From an uncultured Acidobacteriota bacterium (GTDB lineage: Bacteria; Acidobacteriota; UBA6911): DNA of 47,232 nucleotides. Of the stretch, positions 1 to 9,569 are shown piece by piece (the stretch's first letter is position 1; each line of letters starts with the position of its first letter). A program made the translations under genes and the position numbers. The stretch spans positions 1-47,232 of the forward strand of contig CAWEJX010000013.1 in the NCBI GenBank assembly GCA_963809485.1, read 5' to 3'. Below the pieces are notes generated by a model. It did no database searches and was not told the origin of the DNA. It saw only the letters and a program-made list of their open reading frames with translations.

Positions 1-324
1 CGGCGCCTCAACGAGACGCACATAAACGTCACCGCCCTTAATCCTGGCTTCGTAGCGCTTCAGGTGGGTCAGAGCGGGTGCGGCTTTCGTTTTTCCTGTG
101 GTTATGTCGAATTTGGCATTGTGCCAGGGGCAGGTCAGGATATGGCCCCTCAGAAAGCCTTGCTCCAGCGGAGCTCCGTAGTGGGTGCATTTTCCTCCAC
201 AAGCATGAACGGTTTCTCCCTGCCGGACGGCAAGCACTCTGTTTTTGCCCAGATCAAATGCCGCAGGAATGCTTTCCTTAAGATCGCTTTCACTGCAAAG
301 TTTCTGCCATTCATTATCGGACAT
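1..324 (-). CDS. Rieske [2Fe-2S] domain protein, N-terminal part (runs off window edge; possibly fused to an FAD-dependent reductase)
   Basis: Not in ORF track. Manual translation from ATG 324 (GGGAGG RBS upstream) gives MSDNEWQKLC...KCTHYGAPL...LTCPWHNAKFD...VYVRLVEAP, with the CxH...CxxH Rieske motif and no stop before position 1. Confidence 0.85.
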   Translation of the reverse strand, partial: MSDNEWQKLCSESDLKESIPAAFDLGKNRVLAVRQGETVHACGGKCTHYGAPLEQGFLRGHILTCPWHNAKFDITTGKTKAAPALTHLKRYEARIKGGDVYVRLVEAP

Positions 325-556
325 ACGAAGCCCTCCCTGTAACCCATTCCAAGATCACATCGGGCCGGAACCAGCATCCGGATCATGCGCAAACCTGGCT
401 TTTGTTTACCTTTCATTCCGGCACTTGTCAATATGCCAGCGGCATTTCCTGCGGCCGGCAGCGCGCCGCCGTTTGTGCCCAAGAAACTGGTTTCATATCT
501 TCTCTGAAATCTAATATGATTTTACCTCCAGTCAGTTGATATGGGATGCAGGAGAC

Positions 557-1705
557 ATGAGGACTTTTGATGTCATCATAATTGGTGCCGGGCCAGCGGG
601 TTCGGCCGCTTCGTATCTGCTGGCCGGCGCAGGGATGCGGGTCGCTCTGGTTGATAAAGCCAACTTCCCCAGAGACAAGCTTTGCGGCGGGCTTTTGAGC
701 GAGAGGACAGAGAGGGTCTATAAAAGCATTTTTGGCGATGGCTGGCAGAACCTATATGAGTTCAAGTCGTCGGGCGCAGGTTTTTTTTACAGAGCCCGGC
801 TGCTCAACGAGGTCAGTAACTACAGAAAAATGTATTTTACGATGCGGGCATCCTTCGACCATCACCTTGTCAACCTGGCCGTTGGCAAGGGCGCTACGCT
901 CTTCGAGAAGACCTGTGCATCTTCCCTGGAACCGCAGAGCAGTACCGTGCGGCTTCAAAATGGCAACGCCCTGCACGGGGATTTCATCATCGGCGCCGAT
1001 GGCGCACTCGGCAGGATGGCCGCCGGCCTTGGGCTCTCGATCCAAAAGAAGAATCTGGCCGCGGGTCTGGAGATCGAATACCCCCGCCAGGGCAGCGTGG
1101 CCGATCTTGCCAGGCCGGAGATTCATTTTGGAGTTATCCGCTGGGGCTATGGCTGGGTTTTCCCCAAAAAGGATACGGTTACCATCGGAATTGCTGGCCT
1201 GACGAATAAAAATCCCGGTCTGGCAAACAGTTTCCGCGCCTTCCTGAATCAGGTTTGTCACGAGATGCCGAACATACGGTGGAAAGGACATCCCATACCA
1301 TTCTGCAATTTCCGGATGCGGGCGGGAGAAGGAAATATTTTGCTGGCGGGGGATGCGGCCGGTTTCGTGGAACCCGTAACCGGCGAGGGCATAGCGTTCG
1401 CGATGGAAAGCGGCGCCCACGCAGCCCGCGCCATCCTGGATGCAGCCGGCCATGGAAATCCCCGAAGCGCAGAGACACACTACCAGCATCGCTGCCGCAA
1501 GCTTGCGCGATTTATAATGCAGGCGGAGCGCATGCGGTATCTGGTATTCCCGGCGATTTCCGAAAAACTGTTTACCAGGGCTCTGGGAAGAAGCAAGACC
1601 GTAATCCATCGTTACATGGATCTGGCCGGCGGCGAGATGGATTATGCGGATTATTCAAGATTCCTGGTGAAAAAGCTTTGCCGGCATCTGCTTCCTTTGC
1701 GTTAG
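557..1705 (+). CDS. Geranylgeranyl reductase family FAD-dependent oxidoreductase
   Basis: DVIIIGAGPAG Rossmann motif, FPRDKLCGG, GYGWVFPK, LAGDAAGFVEPVTGEGI. ATG 557 follows a GGAG RBS. Confidence 0.85.
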   Translation: MRTFDVIIIGAGPAGSAASYLLAGAGMRVALVDKANFPRDKLCGGLLSERTERVYKSIFGDGWQNLYEFKSSGAGFFYRARLLNEVSNYRKMYFTMRASFDHHLVNLAVGKGATLFEKTCASSLEPQSSTVRLQNGNALHGDFIIGADGALGRMAAGLGLSIQKKNLAAGLEIEYPRQGSVADLARPEIHFGVIRWGYGWVFPKKDTVTIGIAGLTNKNPGLANSFRAFLNQVCHEMPNIRWKGHPIPFCNFRMRAGEGNILLAGDAAGFVEPVTGEGIAFAMESGAHAARAILDAAGHGNPRSAETHYQHRCRKLARFIMQAERMRYLVFPAISEKLFTRALGRSKTVIHRYMDLAGGEMDYADYSRFLVKKLCRHLLPLR

Positions 1706-1707
1706 CA

Positions 1708-1872
1708 GTCAGGTACCTCCGGCAAAGCCGGATGCTTGAAAGATTGGAACCGCTCAAAGCGGTTGGACGGAGTTACGCCGGTCTTGAACGCTGACTTACG
1801 CGGGCAAAAGCCGATGAGGCGCTTCCGATCCCCGCAGGGGCCAGCAACCGAATAGCCCCCGGCTTTGCCGGA
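1708..1872. mobile_element. Non-coding repeat with IS200/IS605-like hairpin ends (MITE-like)
   Basis: 1708-1845 is near-identical to 32655-32791. Hairpins CCTCCGGCAAAGCCGGA, AACCGCTCAAAGCGGTT and CCCCCGGCTTTGCCGG. Lies between convergent genes. Confidence 0.6.
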
Positions 1873-1901
1873 TGTGTAGGACCGGTTCCCGCCTGCGCCG
1901 G

Positions 1902-2396
1902 CTATTTCATCAGCCCTTTCCGGACGTACTCCATCAATCCGCCGGCATCAATCAGTTCCTGCATGAAAGGAGGAATCGGTTTGGCCGAATACGTTCGGTT
2001 CAGCGTTTCATTGGTGATTTGTCCTGCCGCGCTATCCACCCTGAACGCATGGCCGGTCTGCGCTTCGGCAGCAGCTGCCGGAGATTCCATAATGGTCAGA
2101 CCGATGTTCAGGGCGTTGCGATAAAAAATGCGTGCAAAGCTTTCGGCCACTACACACGCCACGCCCGCAGCCTTGATGGCCAGAGGCGCATGCTCGCGCG
2201 AAGAACCGCAGCCGAAGTTTTTCCCGGCAACGATAATGTCGCCTCCCTTGACCCGGGCCGGGAACTGGGGGTCCGCATCTTCCATTACATGTGCAGCCAA
2301 TTCCTTGGGATCGCTGGTGTTCAGATATCGCGCCGGAATAATTTCATCGGTGTTGACATCGTCTCCAAATTTATAGATCGTTCCAGTGATAATCAC
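1902..2396 (-). CDS. leuD: 3-isopropylmalate dehydratase small subunit (LeuD/HacB/DmdB type)
   Basis: DDVNTDEIIPARYL, NFGCGSSREHAP, SFARIFYRNALNIGL. Start overlaps the leuC stop (GTGA). Confidence 0.85.
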   Translation of the reverse strand: MIITGTIYKFGDDVNTDEIIPARYLNTSDPKELAAHVMEDADPQFPARVKGGDIIVAGKNFGCGSSREHAPLAIKAAGVACVVAESFARIFYRNALNIGLTIMESPAAAAEAQTGHAFRVDSAAGQITNETLNRTYSAKPIPPFMQELIDAGGLMEYVRKGLMK

Positions 2397-3691
2397 TTTT
2401 TCACCCCCTGTTTCCAGTTAGCGCCCCGGACTTCCCTGGGCAATGCGAGGCGGCCCTTGATGGCCGACGCGGCCGCAACTGCAGCCGAAGCCAGGTACAC
2501 TTCGCTTTCCGTATGGCCCATGCGCCCTACAAAATTGCGGTTGGTGGTCGCTACCGCCTTTTCACCCCTGGCCAGAATGCCCATATGCCCGCCCAGGCAC
2601 GGCCCGCATGTGGGAGGCGAGACGATGCAACCGGCAGCCATAAATATGTCCATGAGCCCTTCCTTCATGGCCTGGCGCCAAATCGCGGGCGTGGCCGGGA
2701 TGATTATGGTTCGCACTCGAGGGCTCACTTTTTTTCCCTTGAACAGCCTGGCGGCCTCCCGCAAATCCTCGATCCGGCCGTTGGTGCAGGATCCGATGAT
2801 GGCCTGATCGAGTAAAACATCCCGCAGTTCGGAGACAGGGGCAACATTGGAGGGCAAATGCGGTTTGGCCACCACGGGCTCCATCCCACTGACATCGAAC
2901 TCCTCTACGCGCTCATACTCGGCACCGGGATCCGATAAATAGTAACGCGGTTTGCGCTGGGCGCGCTTTTCGGCATAAGCCCGGGTTATCTTGTCCGGCG
3001 GCACGATGCCTGTTTTCGCACCTGCTTCGATGGCCATGTTGCACATGGTCAACCTGCCTTCCATGGACAGTTTATCGATAACGGGCCCGGTTATTTCCAG
3101 GGCTTTATAGTTTGCGCCCTCGACTCCCAGGCGCCCGATGGCCGTCAATATCAGGTCTTTGGCCGTCACATCGGCCGGCAGCCTGCCGTTGAAAACCAGT
3201 TTGATGGTCGCGGGCACCTTGAACCATGCTTTGCCGGTCAGCATCGCCGCCCCAAGGTCCGTGGAACCGACTCCTGTGGCGAATGCCCCGAGCGCTCCAT
3301 AGGTGCAGGTGTGGGAGTCGGCGCCGATCATCAAATCTCCCGGCACTACTACGCCCTGCTCGGGCAGGAGCGCGTGTTCAACCCCGACCTCCCCCTGATC
3401 CCAGTAATAAAGAAGCCGCTGCTCGCGAGCAAAATCACGCAGGATTTTGGCCTGCTCGGCGGATTTGATGTCCTTGTTGGGCGTGAAATGATCCGGCACC
3501 AGCACCACCCGCTTGCGATCGAAGACCTCCTTGCCGCCGTTCTGGCAAAAAGCCTGAATGGCCAATGGGGCGGTAATATCGTTACCCAGGCAAAGATCCA
3601 GCTTCGCCAGAATAACGTCGCCGGGGCTTACGTATTTTAATCCGGCCGCTCGGGCCAGAATTTTTTCTCCCAAAGTCATGGGTGCGGGCAT
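2393..3691 (-). CDS. leuC: 3-isopropylmalate dehydratase large subunit (LeuC/HacA/DmdA type)
   Basis: Aconitase-family motifs GADSHTCTYGA, IGSCTNGRIEDL, CGPCLGGH, TNRNFVGRMG. Confidence 0.85.
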   Translation of the reverse strand: MPAPMTLGEKILARAAGLKYVSPGDVILAKLDLCLGNDITAPLAIQAFCQNGGKEVFDRKRVVLVPDHFTPNKDIKSAEQAKILRDFAREQRLLYYWDQGEVGVEHALLPEQGVVVPGDLMIGADSHTCTYGALGAFATGVGSTDLGAAMLTGKAWFKVPATIKLVFNGRLPADVTAKDLILTAIGRLGVEGANYKALEITGPVIDKLSMEGRLTMCNMAIEAGAKTGIVPPDKITRAYAEKRAQRKPRYYLSDPGAEYERVEEFDVSGMEPVVAKPHLPSNVAPVSELRDVLLDQAIIGSCTNGRIEDLREAARLFKGKKVSPRVRTIIIPATPAIWRQAMKEGLMDIFMAAGCIVSPPTCGPCLGGHMGILARGEKAVATTNRNFVGRMGHTESEVYLASAAVAAASAIKGRLALPREVRGANWKQGVKK

Positions 3692-3756
3692 TTCAATCCT
3701 CCTTAAATTGTCTCAGATGCAGTCTACCATGGCAGCGGACAGACAAATTTCGACTC

Positions 3757-4329
3757 CTATTTATTCCCCAGCAGACGCTTGGGCGGGGTAATGATCCAAA
3801 AAGCCCGAAGCGGCTTGTTGCCCGAATTCCGGAGCTGATGCGGCGCATCCGCGGAAAAGGAAATGCTGTCACCCTTTTTAAGGGCGTATACCCGTTTGCC
3901 CACGCTGCATTCGCCTTTTCCGTCCAGCATCACACCGAGTTCCTTGCCGATATGGCCGTATTCGTCATCGACGGTCTTGCCCCCAGGCGGAATCTCGAGC
4001 AAATAGGCCTCTATCGCGTGCTCCTCAGCGGATAAAGGAGTATGCGACAGCTGCTCGTAGGCGACCCCCCCGACAACGGTACGCTTGACCTCCTCCGCCC
4101 TAACCAGGTTCACGGGGCGATCTCTTTTGTAGTCCCGGAATATGTAGTCCAGGTCGATTTCCAGTATCTCGATGATGCGGATCAGAGTATCGATGGCCGG
4201 AGACACCCGGTTGCGCTCGATCTGTGAAATCAGGCTCTCGGAAAGGCCGGCCTTTTTGGCCACATCGAGCATGGTCATTTGCCTGCGCTTCCTGACTTCC
4301 CGGATCTTCTCACCGAATTTACATTTCAT
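3757..4329 (-). CDS. XRE-family HTH transcriptional regulator with C-terminal cupin domain
   Basis: N-terminal HTH (VAKKAGLSESLISQIERNRVSP). Cupin motifs HIGKE and GDSISFSADAPH. Confidence 0.9.
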   Translation of the reverse strand: MKCKFGEKIREVRKRRQMTMLDVAKKAGLSESLISQIERNRVSPAIDTLIRIIEILEIDLDYIFRDYKRDRPVNLVRAEEVKRTVVGGVAYEQLSHTPLSAEEHAIEAYLLEIPPGGKTVDDEYGHIGKELGVMLDGKGECSVGKRVYALKKGDSISFSADAPHQLRNSGNKPLRAFWIITPPKRLLGNK

Positions 4330-4346
4330 AGACTATAATCGAAACA

Positions 4347-4379
4347 TTAATTATATTGAATCTTATTCAGTATAATTAA
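4347..4379. promoter_or_regulatory. Palindromic candidate operator upstream of XRE-cupin/leuCD
   Basis: TTAATTATATTGAAT-CTT-ATTCAGTATAATTAA: 15-bp arms with 1 mismatch, 18 bp upstream of the regulator start. Confidence 0.55.
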
Positions 4380-4603
4380 AGTTGCGGATTTTGCAAAGAC
4401 TTTTTCGTCTGCGGTTGCAGGGATCGTCCAGCGTCTATCAGTTGTTCAATGACCCTGGAACTGCCAAGCTCCATAAGTCCGACAGCCGGGTTTCCAATGC
4501 CTTGATGCCCGGGTCTGGTGCCCAAGCGGCATCGCTCCCGGCCAGCCCGTTTTTGCCAATTCCTGGCTATCTTTCCCGGGGCGCCCGGAAGGGCACCCTG
4601 AGA

Positions 4604-5437
4604 CTATTTTTTGAGGATCTTCTGCTCCTTGCTCATCAGGAAGGTGCCTTCGTGGGGCAGGACGTTGCCCATGCCGCCGCCAACATAGATCTTTTGGCCC
4701 GTCACATAATCCGACATATCGGAAGCAAGATAGAGCGCGGCGCCGGTGATATCTTTGGGGTAGCCCATTCTCTGCAGCGGAGCTTCTTTTTCGGACAGCG
4801 CTTTGAAAAAGGCGTCTCTTTCAGGGCCGGGGGGCATCAGCTCATCCCAGAAGGGAGTGACGATCGGGCCAGGCACGATGGTATTGACGTGTATTTGAAG
4901 CGGAGCCAGTTCAAAAGCGAGATTTGCGGTCAGGCTTTCTACTCCGCCCTTTGCCGCATGGTAATGGAGAACGGAGGTGCGGGGGTCGAAGGCGCCCATG
5001 GACGAAAAGTTGACGATTTTCCCGTATTTCTGCTTTTTCATGTAGGGCAGAACGGCCATGGTTACGAGGAAGGTGCCTTTCAGGTTCAGTTCGATGATCC
5101 TGTCCCAGTCCGAGATGCGGATAGTTTCGCTGCTGCCCGTGCCATCGGTTCCCGCCACGCCGCCGGCGCAATTGATCAGGATATCGATTTTGCCGAATTC
5201 CTGAACGGCAGCCTTAACCATGGCGTCGATCTGGTCCTGCCTGGTGATATCACATCGAACAGCGATTGCCTTGCCGCCTTTGGCCTGGATCCGGCCGGCG
5301 ACAGACCGGGCGCCGTCAAAGTCGATGTCCGCGATGACCACGGAGCAACCCTCTTCAGCAAAAGTGACGCACATATCTTCGCCCATACCCTTGGCGCCAC
5401 CGGTGATAATCGCTACCCTGTTTTCCAGAATGATCAT
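4604..5437 (-). CDS. SDR family oxidoreductase
   Basis: TGGAKGMG, YHAAK catalytic motif, VNTIVPG. ATG 5437 follows GGAGG. Confidence 0.9.
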   Translation of the reverse strand: MIILENRVAIITGGAKGMGEDMCVTFAEEGCSVVIADIDFDGARSVAGRIQAKGGKAIAVRCDITRQDQIDAMVKAAVQEFGKIDILINCAGGVAGTDGTGSSETIRISDWDRIIELNLKGTFLVTMAVLPYMKKQKYGKIVNFSSMGAFDPRTSVLHYHAAKGGVESLTANLAFELAPLQIHVNTIVPGPIVTPFWDELMPPGPERDAFFKALSEKEAPLQRMGYPKDITGAALYLASDMSDYVTGQKIYVGGGMGNVLPHEGTFLMSKEQKILKK

Positions 5438-5637
5438 TTCGAAACCTCCACAGTTGTCTTCATATTTCACGGAAATGAGAGCGCCCTGATATTATCATCA
5501 TATCCTTCGACAATAACGCCGAAGATATGCCGCCATCCACCTTCCACTTCTTCCGACTTCCGGCTTTTTTGCTGCTCACATTACAATTTTGCGGGCACGG
5601 GGGCAACTCGCCGCCCCATCGGCGGCTCAGCCATTTT

Positions 5638-6480
5638 TTACTCCGTCAACAGGATCGATCCCAAGTTTCTGCTTGTGCCAAGGTCGACCTCAACGATTTT
5701 CCTCGCATAATCCCTGTAAGCCACCTCGACTGCGTATTTGCCGCTGCTTTCCTCGAGGTGGTCGAATTTGAAGTCGCCGAAGCTATTTGTTATCGCCTCA
5801 TCTATCTTTTGCGAGTCCTTGAAGAGCGTGACCCGGGCGCCTTCCGCGCAATCGGTGATGCCGTTCTTTTGAAAGGCAACATCCCCTCCAATGAAGCATT
5901 TGAGGAACCTGCAAAGATTTTTGTAATAAACCCGGGGCTTTGTTTTGTATTCGGAGTGCAGGACCTCCAGCTTTTCCTGCCCGATCATCTGCTGAATCTG
6001 AGTTTCTTCGGCTTTGAAAAAGCGCATCGCTCCTGTGGGACACGCCTGGACGCACCGGGGTTCCTTCCATCCTTCCGCCAACAGGTGGGCGCAGAATGTG
6101 CATTTTTGAGCAACCTTCCTCTCCTCGTTCCACCAGATAGAGCCATAGGGGCAGAGGTCAACGAGCTCCTTTTGTCCTTTGGCTTTCTCTGGATCGATGA
6201 TGACGACGCCGTTGCCCATTTTGTGGATTGCGCCGCCGCTCTTCCGGACGCATGGGGCATCATCGCAATGCATGCACAGCACCGGCAGGTTGGCCACGTC
6301 GATCACCGGGAACTGGCCTCTTTCCTTAACAACAATATCGATCCACCGGTGCCCGTGGCGCGGTTGAGCAACGGAATACGGCAAAAAGTCATTGTCGACA
6401 TGTTCGTCCTTGCAGGCGAGAAAACAATTGTTGCATTCTTCGCACTTGGCGACATCAATGATCAGATTCCACTTTGCCAT
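5638..6480 (-). CDS. Fe-S small subunit of pyrogallol transhydroxylase-type Mo enzyme (BthL-like)
   Basis: CEECNNCFLAC, CMHCDDAPC, CPYG, KCTFCAH, CVQACPT, plus the C-terminal beta-sandwich extension (TNSFGDFKFD) characteristic of BthL. Directly downstream of the Mo subunit. Confidence 0.8.
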   Translation of the reverse strand: MAKWNLIIDVAKCEECNNCFLACKDEHVDNDFLPYSVAQPRHGHRWIDIVVKERGQFPVIDVANLPVLCMHCDDAPCVRKSGGAIHKMGNGVVIIDPEKAKGQKELVDLCPYGSIWWNEERKVAQKCTFCAHLLAEGWKEPRCVQACPTGAMRFFKAEETQIQQMIGQEKLEVLHSEYKTKPRVYYKNLCRFLKCFIGGDVAFQKNGITDCAEGARVTLFKDSQKIDEAITNSFGDFKFDHLEESSGKYAVEVAYRDYARKIVEVDLGTSRNLGSILLTE

Positions 6481-6484
6481 TGTG

Positions 6485-9450
6485 TTATTCCTTCCACTTC
6501 TCTATCTGCACCAGGCAGGTGTTGGAAGCCGTGCTGTGCGATTTTTTGATGATGGGACGGGACGATGTCAGGAGGTTGATCGTTCCTGCCCGGTCGATGG
6601 AATTTCCCGGCTCGCCCATGGGATCATAAATCGCTGAGGAACAGGCGGACTGGGCAACTCCCTGGGGCAATCGTTCCGTGATATGAGCGGCGCATACTAC
6701 CGCCCCGCGGTCGTTGAAGACCCGAACCAGGTCCTCCTGCTCGATGCCGCGTTTTTCGGCATCCTTCGTGCTGATCCGGACAATCCAGTAATAATAGCCC
6801 TTGATCAGGACACGGTGCTCTTTCACATCATTCACAATGCTGTCTTTGCCGTCCTGGTGAGTGTGGAAGGTAAAGCGAGGATGAGGAGAAAGCAGCTGCA
6901 GGGGGTACTTCTCATAAAGCTCCCTGGTATGAGGCCCTTCCCAGGAAGGTATGTATTTGCTGATAGTCGGTCTTTCCGGGTCATTCGGGTCAAACCGTTT
7001 GAGGCTGGAACAGTCAAACTCTATTTTGCCGGACTGCGTCTGGAGGCCGTCGAGATATTCCTCCGTGTAGTCGGACGGCAATGGAAAAGGCTCCGGGATA
7101 TCCTTCTTTCTTCCTTCGGCGAACCAGCGGTAGGCGCACGGAGCCTTCAGCTCCTCCCTGGCCGGCGGCACAATGTAATATCCTTTTTTCAGTAATTTCT
7201 TCCAGGAAATCACGCGGGGCAAATCCGAGGCTTGATATGTGCGCTTGCACCAGTCCAATTCCGATGCCCCTTCGGAAAAATAGGAACTCAGGCCCAGCCG
7301 CTTGGAGAGTTCGAGGAAAATCTGGTAATCGGACTTGGATTCGCCCAGGGGCTCGATGCACTTGTGCTGAAGAGTGATGATGCGGTGGTTGAGCTTGTTG
7401 AAGTTGTGGATGATATATCCCCCGGCATTGCAGGTCTCGCCGATGTCCCAGCGCTCGAAATTGGTGCAGGCTGGCAAGATGATATCGGCGAACTTTGTTT
7501 CGCCTTCCATCCAGATAGACTGGTTCACCACAAATTCCAGCTTCGGAGTCCGGTAAGCTTTTACATAGCGGTTGGTGTTGTTCATCGTGGCGATGTACGA
7601 GCCGCCGTATTTGTAGTACATTTTAATGCCGGAGTTTCCCGGAGCCGGATAGCAGAACTTGAAGAACTGGCCTTCGATAGTCTTGGTGTTGTTGGGATAG
7701 CCTTCGCTGTGGCCGTCCAGGATAGCTTCAGGGATGTTCAGCCGCGGGATTTTCTGCAAAACCGTGTTCATGGACGGCAGCTGAGACATGCGCTGGTAGA
7801 GGTAAATCGCCGACGCCGTCCCTTCGATATCGCCGGAAATGCCACCCTCGGCATAACCCGGGGAAATAGAACCGGTATCCATGCGGCGCCCCGAAGGACA
7901 TGTTGCCCATATTGATGCCGGGTTTACCGATGCCCTGCATCGCCATCAGGCAGACCATCGAACGCGCCCATTCCAGCCCGGTGGCGCAGCGGCAGGCGCC
8001 GCCCAGCTGGTTTCCTCCTCCTCCCGCGCCAAGGTAGGTCTTCTTCGTTCCCCATTCTCTGGCCAGGGCCCGGACATCTTTGGCCGGGACACCGGTTTCT
8101 CTTTCCTGCCATTCGGGCGTCTTGGGAATACCGTCTTCTTTGCCCAGGATGTAATCTTTCCACGTATCAAATCCCGTCGTGCGTGTGGCGACGTATTCTT
8201 TATCGTAAAGGTTTTCGGTTATCCAGACATAGGCGATAGCCAGGGCCATGGCGTTGCCCGTATCCGGCCGGGGCGCAAGCCATTTCCCGCCCATCAAAGC
8301 GGCGGTTGGATCGTAATAGGGATTGATGTGGACCATCTTGACGCCCAGCTCCTGCAGCCACTGGCGCCGGACGGTGCTTTCGAAGGCGCTGTAAGATCCA
8401 GGAATCGATTCCGGGTCGCTGCTCCAGAAGACCATCATTTCACAGTCTTTCAAAGCATCTTCAACCGTCCCGTATATTTCGGCGCCGCCCAGGCGCATGC
8501 TGTTTCCCCAGTGATGAGTGGCGCCCCAGAACCATCCCTCCCAGCTGTCCGGATTCGCAACGACCTGCGTGCACCCGATGAGCGTTCATAAAGCGGCGGT
8601 GTGCGCTCAAGTAGTAGCCGACATTTCCCCAGGTGTGGTGCGACGCGGTGCTGCTTATGATAGATCCGGGACCATAATCCCTTTTCACCCGCTTGATCTC
8701 ATTGGCGACGATGTCCAGGGCTTCGTCCCAGCTGATTCTCTCGTAGCCGGAGATACCCCGGTTCTCGCAGTGGCGTTCGCCCTGCGGATCGAAATCGACG
8801 CGCTTCATGGGATACAAAATTCTATCGGGAGAATAGACGGTGGATTTCAAGGAAAAACCGTAAGGAGAAAGCGTGCTTTTTCGCGGCGGAGTGAACTTTT
8901 TGCCCCTGGCATCAATCGTAAAAGACGGCGCGTCGCTTTCATCGAACTCGATGGGCGTCATCCGGATTATTTTGTCGTCTTTCACGTAAACGAACACCGG
9001 ACCGGCATTCGAGTTGTTGACGTATCTTTTGACACCCTTTCCCATATCCAGTCCGTACTGGATGTTGCCCATAAGCATCAGGCTCAGGGTTTCCATGAAC
9101 CAGCAGGTCAATTCATCCGGGCCTTTCAGAGTCAGACGGAAATTTTTCATTGCGTCTGTCTTTTTCTGCTGATCGCACCATGGAAGGAGGAGCCCGCACC
9201 CCAGGGCTGCATCGCTGAAACCCAGGCAAACATCCGGTTTGGGGTGAATACCGCTTCTCGAGATGATTTCACCCTTGCGGAAAGTGAAATATCTGCCGGC
9301 GGAATTGTCCAGGACCTTTATCTGGGCAGTAAGGTCTTTCTGCCGGAGATGAGCCTTCAACAAAGGCTGCTTCCTGGCCGCCAGCTTCATATACTGTGAC
9401 ACGGCAAACAGCTGGAGGCTGAACCTGCGATTTGAAAATCCCATAATCAC
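6485..9450 (-). CDS. DMSO-reductase-family Mo-bisPGD enzyme, pyrogallol transhydroxylase/resorcinol hydroxylase large-subunit-like, split by two frameshifts
   Basis: Three ORFs (8461-9450, 7728-8498, 6485-7882) join via shifts near 8584 and 7860. Motifs [29 protein letters not shown] (read in the shifted frame), [21 protein letters not shown]. Confidence 0.8.
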
Positions 9451-9469
9451 CTCTTTTCCAGCCGCAGGA

Positions 9470-9564
9470 ATCAGCGTTCGTCAGCGTTTTTCAGCGTCTG
9501 TCAGCGTTAAACGATTCCTGAACGGTCAGACTCTGTTGCTCCCCCAGCAGAGCTGGATTACCAA
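9470..9564 (+). repeat. TCAGCG-period repeat family, copy 1
   Basis: TCAGCG at 9471, 9481, 9491 and 9501 (exact 10-bp period), then a tail GATTCCTGAACGGTCAGACTCT...CCCCCAGCAGAGCTGGATTACC shared with other copies. Confidence 0.75.
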
Positions 9565-9569
9565 TTTTT

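Noticed and set aside
557-1705. Functional link between the geranylgeranyl reductase-like gene and the Tes-like gene
   Set aside because: They are 16 kb apart with unrelated genes between, and the family is widespread, so nothing supports coupling.
4382-5710. Long antisense ORFs (e.g. 4382-5710, 5527-6549, 12202-13239, 38030-39151, 41400-42281)
   Set aside because: They are shadows of well-supported genes on the opposite strand in GC-rich DNA and have no motifs.
9470-9510. TCAGCG tandem units as a CRISPR array
   Set aside because: Units are 6 bp with 4-6 bp gaps, far too short, and no cas genes are present.
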